This document shows positions 41,117-61,266 of a stretch of 64,000 nt of DNA, piece after piece. The first letter of the stretch is position 1. Every line of letters starts with the position of its first letter. The DNA lies in contig NC_134025.1 in the NCBI RefSeq assembly GCF_964204645.1, forward strand, positions 7,936,001 through 8,000,000. Reading direction: 5' to 3'. The position numbers and the translations under genes are program-made. The stretch comes from Tubulanus polymorphus (Eukaryota > Animalia > Nemertea). Under the pieces are notes generated by a model that made no database searches, had not been told where the DNA came from, and was given only the letters and a program-made list of their open reading frames with translations.

Positions 41117-44100
41117 TAGTTAAAATGCTACGGGGTAATTCTAAATTCAGGTGATAAAATTTATATGATGTAGAATATAGATATACGGTATATATCATGT
41201 ATACCGAATAGCTACGGAAGTGTCCTAGCACGGAAGCGTCTCTAGGCTGGCTTATGTCGACCTGCAACGCAACTGGGTTTATCGGCGACCCTAGCGGCAA
41301 CTATCGGCCTATAGTAGGCCATCAGGGACATAATATTTCTGATTTCTTTCTTTTTGGATTTCTTCAATAAATGCGACGCCTTAATCGTTCGAAACATGTG
41401 AAGTTGGTGATTGATTCCGTCCATACAAAAAAATATATTTGAAAAAAAGGCGTTGACGTGAATTTTTATCGTGCGTTTCCGTACAGAAACACTTTTGGTA
41501 TGACCGAATCAGCCACCATGAAGGAGTCGAGAAAAATTAGTTCGACTCTAGGATCACTATCAAATCAATTCGCATTTAATTTCCCGTCAAATCTTCGTCA
41601 TTAAGTGAAATTGAAGGAGCTCTTCTGATTCTTCGATCTCCAAAATGGAAAAATCCTCAACCGTTTTGATTTGCGACCACTGTCATGAACTAATATATCA
41701 AACAATGAACGCTTTTTCTTTCATAATTTTCTTTTATATTAAACACCACTAAATTCCCAACATCATCATCTTTCATTAATCAAACTCACATGATATACAA
41801 TAATTACATTTGATCAACATCTATTTAATTAATATATAAGATCATATTACAGCATATCTTCGATGTTTCTCGATGGAATACATAGAGTATGGGTTTTTTC
41901 TATTTTCTAATTATATAAATAGCACTTTTAAATCATAAGATTTTTTTCACATGAAAATCGATATTTCCACCTTGGGTGAATTATTTACTTAGAAGATATG
42001 ATGGACAGAAAGGTGACCTCGATATTCTTCGGAGACATATGATTAACACCAATACGCCATCTCATGGAATTTTTGGATTGCGGTATGATCAAGTTTGAGA
42101 GGCGTTCATTTCAACAAGTGAATTACCCCGCTGAGGGAGGAAGCGCAAATGAAACGGCTTTGAACGTTGCTTTTCGAAAAGCTTTCAACTGTCGAAGTTT
42201 CAAAGTAACGGACTAGTTTTCACACAAGTTAGCACAGAGTACGCACAATTATCACAAAATCTAAATAGAGAAGTCACCAAAATATATGTTCTACCTTTAG
42301 TGAAAGAAGATAATGAAATTTAGTTGTATACGTTGTTTAATAAAATTTTTAAGTAAGAAAGACAAATACTATTCGCTAAAAATTCAAACAACTTATTGCC
42401 AACATATACTTTTAATTCTTAATCGGAACAACATCATCGAACATATCTATACACACTGAACTAATAAATGTTTCTTATTAATTACGAAAATAAGGAAACG
42501 TGATTTATCGAGAAATAACATATATACACGATATGTATACACTGAAGACGGGTTGTTGGCACATGTTCTGCACAATACGCTGACATATTTAAGTTGCAAA
42601 TCTAAGAAGCCACAATGAAAAATATCGAATTACAATTTAGGTATAATGTATTTTCATAACTAACAACCCAACATATGTACACTACACAATATATGAAGCA
42701 CGAAAGGCAAAATTTGTTCACTTTTTATCAATAAAAGTACATCAGTCATCTACATCTAATCTCAACAAAATGAGAGAAAAAACAATAACCCTCGGAGCTC
42801 ACAAACTGTGGTGAACCTTCAAGCTTGCACCAATACATCACATCATAATCCTAAATTAAATTTTCATCAGTTTCAAAAGAGGATTGTCATCTAAGTACAA
42901 ATTACCAATGGTGAAATCACCATCCATTAAAATCAGAGTTCCACGCATAATTACATATGGGTTTATTTCGAAATAAAAGCTTGAAAACAGAAAAACAGTG
43001 GCGAGAGTATTTATAACAAAATTAATAATTTTTGTGCAAACAAGTCGGTAGAATTCACCACATAAGCAAGATATTTTGCCTCTCTAGTCTAGCAATGCAA
43101 CCTGTGCATAAGAAGTTGCAGCAGTTGTACAGCATAAACCCAACCTGTCTAAGGTGGCCTGAGTTGTAAGTGCGGAAATTCATTTGAAGATCAAATCAAT
43201 TCTGCAGCTCAATGAGCAATGATCAACTATCCAATTGCATATAAACATCATTTGAAACCCACCGAAATCTACATAAAGATCTTTCGAAGTTGAAACTTAA
43301 AAATTGGTTTTCATCACAAAAGTCAAAATAACATTTCAAGGCATTAGCTATGATCCCTAAGTCAATCAATCCATACTGCTGCCACAGCTGGCCCAATAGA
43401 TGATGAATAAGGGCTTGGTTTTTCGTCAGAATCAAGCGTAAATCAAAGCAGCTGTTACTTCATAAACAGCGAGCTGCTGGACGCAGGTTTCAAACTCAAA
43501 TCACTGTATGCTTCGTATATATTCATCGATCAGGGTTTGTGACTAAACACGCGACATATGGACTCTGCTGAACCGTCTGAATGAATTCTGCCCACAACAC
43601 TCCTATAAAACTGTTCTCAATAACATTGATTCAAACGCTGGAGTCAAATAACGATACACGACAGATTTCTCTAAGAACATCTCAAATAGTTTTCAATTAC
43701 CCAAATTTAAACGAGTTAAATAACAGAAATCATGAGGGGTCAACATTCCTGATTATTGCAATTCGTTATCAGTCCCTCATACAATAATACTATTGAAAAT
43801 AGGTGGTAAAATATTACAAAATCAACCTTTACACAATAATCTTGAGTACTACGCTGAGTAAGAAAATCAAAGACTTCGAATTATTTCAGATGTACATAAA
43901 ACTAAAATCATGATATAGGATTCAAACAAGGAAGAAAAAAAAAGCTGAATTACATTCTCAAACTGGCGATGAAAAAAAAACATTGGAAAACTGGAATGAT
44001 ACATCTGGAGACAAGCTAGAAAATCACAATAGGACTATATACAAGCACCAGTTTGAGAGTATGGGGTTCTATTTACATTCTAAATCAGTTTCACTCAATA

Positions 44101-44162
44101 AAGAATGTAAATGGAAAATCAAATGGACAGATGACACTGCGAGAATAAAACCAGTATTGGTT

Positions 44163-46901
<2,739 letters not shown>

Positions 46902-47270
46902 CGTGTGTGGCTTAAAATGTTATTCCGATCAAAGACAAACTTGCTAAAAAGAAAGTAAAATGCCGCTATCCTTCAACACTCAGGGCGAAAGAAAGATGAC
47001 GTGATTTACTTCCTGGTTGTTTGAAAACGCTGAGACGTAGAACACAGTGGAAACTGTAAATGATTTATCGTAATGGATTTATTTACAGTATTTGAATATC
47101 ATTTTTGAAATGAAACGATGGGCAATTAATTTCGATAAGGGTTTTGTACACAAGAAATAACATTTCTCTAAAATTTTTGAAAGAAATCCAATTCAATTCA
47201 GAATTTATTCACATTTTGTTTGTTACCGGTAATCTTCATTGGCCCCAAATCGTTGGCAGGGTAAACAAAC
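46902..47270. promoter_or_regulatory. Probable bidirectional promoter between CD164-like and PPIL6
   Basis: Divergent start codons 370 bp apart. Motifs: TGACGTGA (CRE-like) and ACTTCCTG (ETS) near 47000-47015, X-box-like GTTACCGGTAAT at 47222-47233, reverse CCAAT near 47238, forkhead GTAAACA at 47261-47267. Confidence 0.55.
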
Positions 47271-49002
47271 ATGGCGGACACACGTCAAATAGCTGCTGCT
47301 GGTGATAAACCGATAAAACTCGAATTATTCGGACTAGTGGGACACGTACAATTTCAAATTGCGAAATGTTGTGTTGAAGTATGTTTATAAGAAACCTTTT
47401 TACGTATCGTCCGAATTTCTAGGGCTATCGTAACAAAGATTTAAGTCTGAGGAGTGTGAGTGAGTGTGGTGGTTGGTGTGACAGACGAGACATTGATTGA
47501 TTAGATTGATTGTCTGTAGACACGTAATAGTAGTAGTGTGTGCTAGCGTTGTTAATGAGTTTTGAGTTCAACCGTATTTTGACTGTAATATAGCTAACCA
47601 AGATATTCTGCTTCTTTCATTTTTAGGATCTGACCGAATTGTATCCAGAAATGTTTCCAGATAACATAATACAACCTATGCTAGAGTTTGATTGGGGAAT
47701 GTTCGTTGAGGATAAAAAAAGAGTAAGTAATTTGCTGCCAGTAGCTGTCCACTGGGCCTTTAGAATGGTCATGACATGATTCTTCTTACATGTAGACATT
47801 TGTGTTTAGGAATTGGGAGGAGAAACATGGGCTTTTGAAGGAAAATCCATGGCATTTTTGAATGGTGAATTCATTGGGGCTTACCAAAACCTCACCAGAT
47901 GGGCACAGGAGAATTTTGATCATAAAGATTTTCGACCACCGTCACTATACAAACCGCTAGCTAAAGAACTTAAAGTTGATTTTCTGAATTCAAAAAAGGT
48001 AGATCTTATGATAATTTGGAATAGATGAATGCATGTCATTGTAGGAATTTAAAAAGTCACACGTAAAACAAATATTTTTGCTCTTTTTCAAACAGCACGA
48101 TTTTGTGTATGTGGATATTTCAATAGGAGATGAACCCGCTGACCCATTAATTATTGAAGTAAGTTTTTGAATGAATCAATGCACCAACATTTTTAGTGGG
48201 ATTTTGCTTGTATAACATTCATTCCTCGATCTTAGCTATTTTCTGACAGAGTTCCGAAGACATGCAAAAACTTCAAGGCTTTGATTACGGGTGAGAAAGG
48301 AACTTCAGTACATAATGAACTCGAGGTGTATAATCTGCATTATAAAGACACAATATTCCACAGAATTGTTCGAAAAGGATGGATACAAGGTGGTGGTAAG
48401 TAAATCAGTCATCTTTTATGATCAGGAATATACATGTGGACCTAGAAAATGGAATATTGAATTATCAAAACTTGTATTACAGATATATGGGAAGGTCGAG
48501 GAAACGGAGGTGAATCAATATATGGGCCAGTCTTTGATGGTAAAAATTGTGCTATTTTCGAAATCAAAATTTCATTTACATGCACTAAAAGAACCGTTTA
48601 TGTCATGTTCCATATAAACCATATATTCCCGATCTTTTGACCTTTTAACAGATGAGAATTTTTCTGTTGAACACAATAAACGAGGAATATTAGGCATGGT
48701 TAATAAAGGAAGACATACGAATGGATCACAGTTTTACATAACTTTACAAGCAACTCCGTGGATGAACCATAAATACGTTGCATTTGGGTATGTTTACATT
48801 CTAGAATAGCCAGTTACAAAAAAACTATTTCTATTTCGGTTATGGGATTTGAGACTGATAATCAATGAATGCGTTCTTTTCTAGACAAGTCATCGAAGGA
48901 ACTGAGACTCTGAAGAAAATGGAGGATCAAGAAACTATCATTGAGAGACCAACTAAGGAAATTAAAATCGTTGATTGTGGAATCAAAACATACACTTTTT
49001 AG
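47271..49002 (+). CDS. PPIL6: Peptidyl-prolyl cis-trans isomerase-like 6 (cyclophilin family)
   Basis: About 8 exons. N-terminal PPIL6-type region (FQIAKCCVE...LEFDW...KKRELGGETWAF...FLNGEFIG), then a cyclophilin domain (VPKTCKNFKAL, LHYKDTIFHRIVRKGWIQGG, GESIYG, DENFSVEHNKRGILGMVNKGRHTNGSQFYITL, YVAFGQVIEG); stop TAG at 49000-49002. Confidence 0.92.
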
Positions 49003-49895
49003 TATTATAAATAAGTTACTTATAAGAATAATTCCGTCCAATCAAATATTTGTTGAACTAAATTTTTTTTTGAATTTTTTCTATAGAATACATGATTTAT
49101 GCAATACATGTTTGTCATTTGATCGTAGTCCAAAGGATATCAAAATTTGTTCTTCAAAAATCTACAGGACCAGAAACTTGCATTGAACCTTAGCAACTTT
49201 CGAATTTAGCCATAGCATTATACACCGGTGCCAAGAAAATTTGTAATACAGGAAAACTCACTTAATTCAGATCTATCACCTGGGCCTTTTGTCCAAATTA
49301 AACGAAATCTTAATTATGTGCTCTCATTTGTATAGAAATATCCTATAGATGACTGGAAATGGGAATTTGAGTCCGAAATAAGTGAAAATCCGAATAAAAC
49401 CGATCCGAATAAAGCAAGTTTACTGAACATGTTTACATGTAAACATGTACTGTTCTTATCCCATACAACAAATCTATATTAAAAGAACTCATTTATTGGA
49501 GATTCATTTTAAATTTTTTATTGACAAATGCAATTTGTTACCGCTTTACAAAAAGCTGGATATAAATAAAAAGATGCTATAAACTTACAAATGCTTCATG
49601 AATAATTTTAGAGAACACATCAATCAATATAAATTTTCATTCCAGTGCAGTTAACTTAAGATTAATTTCAAAGCTAATTGATCCATCTGATCAAAATCAG
49701 AAACCTATCCCGTCATAATTATGAGAAATATGAATCGACAAACTTAAAAACATTTTAACCATAAATGCATTCAATGACAGTAGGGACAAAATGTAACCCA
49801 AACAAATATAACCAAAGCTTTTGGTAAAACTAGTAAGTCTATTCTTAATTACGCATTCTTATTTTAAACATAACATAATATTCAAAAACAGCGTA

Positions 49896-52712
49896 TCAGT
49901 CCCAGGCCGAAATGAAGTAGTTTTTAATTACTTTTTGAATTGGTCTTCTACATATTGGACACGGTTTTCCTCGCCGTCGTAACTTTTTAGCACAGGCATA
50001 ACAGCACATTTGGTGTCCAGTTTTTCCATGGACCAAACTTGCATTGATAGGATTTGATAAACATATCAGGCATTTATTACCCTTCTGGCATTTATCAGTA
50101 AATGTAGAAGTCGATGGTCCTGGATTTTCAGTATTTAAACTACGTAACGATAGTTGAGTAGGCGTTACAAAGGTCGACTCATTGGAGGACGATGAAGACT
50201 GACTTTCACTAATTGGCGTGCGCTGTGAAAGCGTGTAACGTTTTTCCGAACTTTGAGAAGACGCCGAATGATTAGGTAAAGTGTGGTGAACTGGCAAGCC
50301 GTCAATCTCGTCATAAGCCTGCGATTGACTAGATGAGTTAGATGGCTTACATATTGACCTACTAGGTGTCTGCTCATCACTTCCTTGACTTCCACATGCC
50401 GATCCAAATGCGGAATCAAAACTAGAAGTATGCTGTCCAATGAGAGAGCTACTTGATGTACTCTGAACAGTTTTTAATCCATTGCAATTCAACTGTTGCT
50501 TAAAAGGCATCAATGAACTAATATTCGATGGTAATTTGTACGTGACCGGTGTGCTACACGCAAATTTCGATAAACTGTCAACACAATTCGTAAATTCCGA
50601 CGAATTTCTCTGAACTAAATCTGATGATGTAATCACAGGAACTGTGTGTTCATTTGATAGACACCGTGAATTAGAAGGGATGATATCAGTATTCCCAGAC
50701 TCTAAATCTCCAGGTGCCGAGTTTGATCTCCGAAATTGGCGTTGACGCACTGGAAGACGGCCATAGTGTGACTTGTCAGGTAACCAGCCAGGACGTACTT
50801 CCCAGCATTTGATACAGTTTCTTTGTAATGGAGAATTCAACGTAGTACAGTTTGCACACTCCCATTTATCCTATAGAATAAACATACACCCATCAGTTGA
50901 GAGGTCAGTTTTAATGAGCCAAAATTTAACTCAGAACTTAATAAAGTAAATCGCTTTACCTTTTCCGAAAGCTCCACATCTGAGCTCACATCTGTTTCAC
51001 TTTCATCAGCCCAGAACTCGACATCACTTTCTTGACAGACGATTACCAATTCCTAGTGAAAACAAATAAGATTTGAAAATCCGGAGACATGCCAAATGTG
51101 TATCCCAGAAAATTAAGTAGTTAAGTAATAAACATACCCGAGGACCATCATCTTCAGAATCTGATATGATATCTGTATCGTCTTCATCGGCAGAATTTTC
51201 AACAGAACTTGTAGCAATCTCATATTCCACATCGAATGTGTGATCTTCGATTTCATCGATTATAACATCCTCTCCAGATAAATAGCTTCCGATCGGACTC
51301 CGTACCAAATTCGTTTCCTTACTCTTTACAAAATAAGGAATTGAATAAATAAATATCATACCTTCAAAAATTTTCTGAATACATGTAAAATTTTTCTTTT
51401 TTCATAATTTTTCTTTGCTTTAAGGCTTAAGAGATTCATAGATTATAGTTGTTACCTGTACACTGAGGGTTTCATCTGAAGATGATATGTGTAATTCCCC
51501 TTCGTTACAAATAAAACTAATCGAAGACGATGAACGAACTCTTTTAGTCGCTGGTTCATTTGAGGCACCGGGAGATGAGGATTCACCTATCATAAATAAA
51601 CATATAGAACTTTTCTATATAATTTGCTTTCATTTAGTGAAGCAGACCAGCAAGACGCAAAACAGAAATAAATACTTACTTCGCTTACGAATTCTATTAC
51701 AAATAGCACCAAATGAACAAGCACCATCAACCTCATCAAATGTAATTCCTGGACTTGATGTTCCAGGCTGTAATAAAAAGATAATAGTTGCAACAATCAT
51801 GAAAAGAGAAAAGATACACAAACAAAACTTCTTTTCATTGAAACTCTGCCAGACTTAATCATCCTCAATCAGATTCAAACAGTTAATCAAGCATCAACAA
51901 ATGGACATGTAAATTACTCAATACCAATCAGTCTGCCAGTCTAATTAGTGCATCTTACAGAGTAACTTTTTAATTAGCCACGTCAGACAGCAAACCACTT
52001 GTCCAAACAAGGCCTAATTAACCAATTAACAGACCAGTAGAATACCATACTGAGTTTCATCCCCAAGAACAATTCCAGATACAGTGAAAGTAATGTACCT
52101 GAGGTTGGCGTATTTCATCCCTATAAACGGTTGTATGCTTGGAAATCAGAGACCTACAAATATGTGACAAAACAAACATGTTGTAAAATGATGCGATATA
52201 GACTAATCAAAACTTTTATGATATTCCTACTAACGAATGACATATACTTACAAAACCTCTTTTATAGTAAAACTATCAATCTGAAAGACTTTTCCTAATG
52301 GATCATCGCGAATGTGCACAACCCGCGGGTTGTCAACATTATACAGCGTTCTTCTGCTTATATACTGTTTTAAATACAACAATATCTGAAAGCAAATTAA
52401 ATGGTTAAATCAACTAAACTAAACTAAAAAATTGTTTCAAATAATACCGCATTCAAAATGGCATTAGTACAGGTGAATCAATTACCTCATTTTTGGTAAA
52501 AGAACATTTCTCTGACGGAGCACCGGCAGCACGAAGAATTGTTCGAAATCCTGCAGTCGGTTGTAACTGAAATTAAGGAAATCTATCTAGTATAAAGAGA
52601 GATCCCAAACTGTTTGACTGTTTGTTCAAAAAAAGAAATACATGAAATCAATTATCACTGAGGTAAATTCACTTAGACTTACATAAACTTCTTTTGGCTT
52701 CGACTCTGCCAT
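49896..52712 (-). CDS. MDM2: Mdm2/Mdm4-family p53-binding E3 ubiquitin ligase
   Basis: ATG at 52712; about 9 coding exons. SWIB/p53-binding domain (LRAAGAP...FTKNEILLYLKQYISRRTLYNVDNPRVVHIRDDPLGKVFQIDSFTIKE), acidic region (FDVEYEIATSS...DSEDD), RanBP2-type Zn finger (WECANCTTLNSPLQRNCIKCW) and the Mdm-type C2H2C4 RING (CLICLSNPINASLVHGKTGHQMCCYACAKKLRRRGKPCPICRRPIQKVIKNYF). Confidence 0.93.
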
Positions 52713-53374
52713 TACTCTGGTTTCTGAAGGAAAAGAAATATTTGCACATAATTCTATCATGCCATAAACCACATGTTCAGGAGTGGCAGTGTTGTTTCTG
52801 ATAGGCCGCTATAAACAATGCCAAACAAACTAATTTGTCAAAGAAAACCTAAATCCAAATAAAAACCACACTTATCATATTCAATGGACAATAAATCCGT
52901 TAAAAAATAAGACCCTTTTTTAAAAGAGCTCTACATAATTGCTAACAAATTGTAGCATATATATTTACCTGTTCTACGCATATTAAATATAAATTGATAT
53001 GCCCAATGCTTAATAAACAAATTTGTCAATCATGAGACACATGGGAACATCCACTCACGAGGAATCAATGATTCAAATTAGAAATTATAAACCCAGAGGA
53101 GCAATATTTATACTTGTAAGTTCTTGCCTGGTGAGAGACCGTTTATACAGGGATAAATCAATCTACTGGCTGAATGTCTACCCATCCTACTGATTGCTAT
53201 CTATACATGATCAATCAGCTATTTGTCTCCCTAAGTGTGACCAATCAAAGGCCAATAAACCCTCCTGACAATAACCCTTCATTAAATTCATTGTTCACTA
53301 GGCTATGTGCATGAATGTGCTTGTATTATCTAGTGGTGGATGATTTTCATGTTCCCTGTGAAGCTCAGGCCATC

Positions 53375-53394
53375 AGACAAGCTCGGGCAGGTTA
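53375..53394. promoter_or_regulatory. Candidate p53-family response element upstream of the Mdm coding exons
   Basis: AGACAAGCTC (perfect RRRCWWGYYY) directly followed by GGGCAGGTTA (2 mismatches), zero spacer. Confidence 0.5.
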
Positions 53395-55395
53395 CTATCA
53401 TTATGGAATGTAGACACATGAAGCAATGATTTCACAATAAAGCCAGTCATCTCAAATGCCCTAATATAACCTTTCAACCTAGTAATTATGCACTAACATG
53501 CATAGGCCTAGTTGCTAACCAATTCAGCAGAAGTAAAACAATGATAATGGTTTATTAAGTTCTACTACACTTTTTAAAACTGCTGCTAAATTAAACGACT
53601 TAGTTTTAGTTTATAAAAAATGTTGATATGATATGATTCAATAAAAGGTATAACACAAAGGTGTAGGTCCAACAAAATATTGTATATACATAGGCAACAA
53701 AATGTTTTAGAAAACGCAATGAGTATTGTAAACATGTGTAGATTCAGTGAGAATGAGTCCATTGATGGAAAGGATGAAATACAGAGGCAGAAGATTGTTG
53801 AATTGGCAAAATAAACTATACGTTTTTCATCCTACACTGGGTCTGATTTGTAAATTAAATGAACCCATTGGCATAGTCAGTAACCTGTCATGGTTTAGTC
53901 TCACGATCGGATATTTTCAAAAGCCCATCCGATTATAAAAGCTAACTACCAACAATTAGGTAACTATTACTACCAATGGCAGTCTGCTCAATCAAATAGT
54001 GACTAAAGTATGAAAACGTTCCTGAGTAAAAGCAAATTCCAATTATATAATATCACTATTGTTTCCGATTGCTCATGCTGAATTTTATCAATGAAGACCC
54101 CAAGAAAATTCAATTCACATCAAACATTTAGCCACCAGTACTTATAATACTAATGAGGGTTGGGTCTGCAGGGATGAGCAAGATTCTGAAATTTTCACAT
54201 TTTTTTCACATTTCTTCACACCAAAATAGAAGATTTTTCATGCCAAAAACTGAATTTTTCACAAGGGATGCCTAACGCAATCTTTTAATTTCAGTAAGGT
54301 TTTATGCAAGAATAGCATAGCTAAACATGACGATATAACTATTTTGACCTGTAATTTAGGGAACACAGGCCTAGCCATTCACTGACACCAAGTACTACGA
54401 ACTAGGCTATCTAGGGTCAAAGTAGTCTGAATACCAGTCGTTGTTACGGGTCCCTACAACCTGTTTGGGGAACAACGGCTAGGTACTAGACTAGGGTCAA
54501 AGCCAAGTTCAGAAATGAAATAACATATACAGCCTATCAGGAAAACAACATAGATGATTGATAGAAATGTTCTGGTGATAGGAATTTTTTTTTAATTTCA
54601 TAGTTTCCAACATTTTCATATTTTTCACATTTTTTACAATCACAAAAATTCTGAATTCACATTTTTTCATGCCTATTGTATTAAGGTAATGTATATAACT
54701 ATGGACACCTAACATTAGCACTCGTTTATAAGCAGTTGCTCCAAATGAAGTACAGAACCACCAATAGACCACCAAGTATCGAAATAGGTTTTTCTCGGTA
54801 TTTAGTACAACTAATAAATATTCGAATGAACACCTATGCTTATATTGAGAGCAAAATAGAAAAGTGATAACATACCGATTTCTCTTCCATTCAGTTATCT
54901 ATATAATCCGTTAGAAATTTCTGCATGTCGACTGATTAGATTAACTAAGAAATTGTATAAAAAATTAAATTTTCTATGACTGGTTGTGCAATAGTTATAT
55001 CCAATCCAGCACGGCCATAATTGAGACGTATTGTCGAGAAAATCTATCATTTTCCAAACTATAGCTCGGAATTCAAAAAGTTAATTTATTAATGTTTGCT
55101 TTTCCATAAGAACAAAATAACTGAAAACTGCAAGTTCTTTAAACAAAATCAGTCACTAATTTCATATTACCAGGATTCGAACCCAAACTGAGAACGAAGG
55201 GTTTAGGATTTAACCACAGTGTGAGAAATAAATATGTTTGCTTGCGGCTGTAATTTATTTCGTCAGCACCCTCTATTGACAGCTACGTTCGATACGAGAA
55301 ATTACGCGATCGGTTGTCAAGAAGAAGCTTGTCTAACATTCCTCACACAGTTTATCTTTTTACCTTCACTCACCAGTCCTCACTACTGTTATATG

Positions 55396-59545
<4,150 letters not shown>

Positions 59546-60807
59546 AGAAAAATCATCTTTATTTTTGACCATTATCTCACTTAGTGACAAGAACAAAGAT
59601 GGTTTTGGACGAAACGATAAAAACACTTTTTAACCGCCATACGGTTTCTTCGACATTTGACGACGACTTTTTAAAAAATCGAACAACTGCAGTCTTTCTC
59701 AATACTGTTTCTTTGAGAAATGGAATAGTATTACGCCACCACACAGAATAAACATTCAGATATGCTTCAAACATTTTAGTTCATACATGTATCTGGCTTA
59801 ACTATATAATGCCATATTGTTCCCCAATTCTGTAAATACATGTATGCCACTAACGAGTGCAGCTCATAAATTTTGATCAATATAGTTTAGTGCATCTAGG
59901 CACCGATACATTGTAAAATACACAGCCAGAACCACCGCTTATACGAATGAATATACAAAATGCGATTAGACATTCTTCAATTATTTGGTAAAATATTGTG
60001 ATATCTTGTTTTATTGTGCATAGAGTTTATGAATTTGTTTACCATTTAGATAACAGTAGATGTTCTAGCACTTCCCTAGCCAATTCGGCGTCGATTGAGA
60101 ACAAAAATGAGATGAAAAACATGTTATAGATTGTAGAGTTGATTTTGTGAAATTAATGTACATAAATGATATTAAATCAAAATAATTTCCTACATAGGTA
60201 TAGATTTCCTCAGACTGTTATATTTCTTGATATTTTACATATAGAAAGCATGCAAGGTGTTTTTAATTGCAAATAGGATCGGAGTTTCCTGATGTACACA
60301 GATCAACAATCATAAACGAATGTTCAAATCAAAAACTGTGTCGTGTATATCTTGTATGTGAAGAATCTCATGTTTAAATTTATTCATCTATTCAAAAACC
60401 GGTTTGTAGAAATCTTAGAATAAGCCTGCTTGTTCCGATATCTACATATGACTTGATCATAAGCATTCCTGTTTTGGCTAATCACTCTGTGTCGAATACT
60501 TTCCATTACTTCTTTGTTTGCGGCAAGCTTTTTAACAAAAATAATCTAGTTATTGTTGAAATCTTGTTTTGTCCAGTTTAGACAGTTTCTCAAAACATTC
60601 TTTGGCATATTTTGTAAAATAATTATTAATTTTATTATTATTATCAATTGATAAAAATAAAAGATTTTCATGAATATTTCAGTTTTAGTTGTTTTTTTTA
60701 TAGTGGCAACGCCTGGGTCTATACCAAATTGACTGTTTAAATTGATAATTCACGTAGTATATATAAGATCTATCGGGAAGCAATATCTGTACTTGTCAAG
60801 AAATGTA

Positions 60808-60970
60808 CAGTGGAACTTCATAACAGCAAACACGAGGACCCGAAAATATGTTTGTTATAACCGATAGTTCCTTATATCCAGTATGAAATTAAATTTTCTC
60901 GGGACGAAATTCTATATTTTTCATATCCGATGAATCACAAATCCAAGTTCATTAGAACGAGGTTCCACTG
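60808..60970. mobile_element. Tc1/mariner(pogo)-type MITE
   Basis: TA-CAGTGGAACTTC ... GAGGTTCCACTG-TA: terminal inverted repeats starting CAGT with a TA target-site duplication. Confidence 0.75.
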
Positions 60971-61266
60971 TACAAAGCATGGATCCTATAGATGGACACA
61001 AATTTTTATATGAAATGATTTATTTTCATAATTTCCATCCAGTAATGCAAAAGAATATATATAGAAAAACTGCTTTAACAAAATAAAACATATTAAAAGT
61101 ATTGATTATAATCTGATTATATTATCATTCGATTAACTGAATCAATACGTGTTCATGTCTGCCAGATGAGTTAAAGCTTGATCCCTTGGTGGCTTTCAAT
61201 ATGATACAATTAGGCCTAGGTAAGTAGGAGTTTAAAAAAGACCAAAAAAATGAGACAGCGCTGAGA

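Noticed and set aside
49426-49451. GAACATGTTT-ACATGT-AAACATGTAC p53-like half-sites
   Set aside because: Lies between convergent 3' ends, has a 6-bp spacer, and ACATGT is frequent throughout the window.
54168-54675. Possible hAT-like MITE (CAGGGATGA...TCATGCCTA)
   Set aside because: Short degenerate inverted repeat with no 8-bp TSD.
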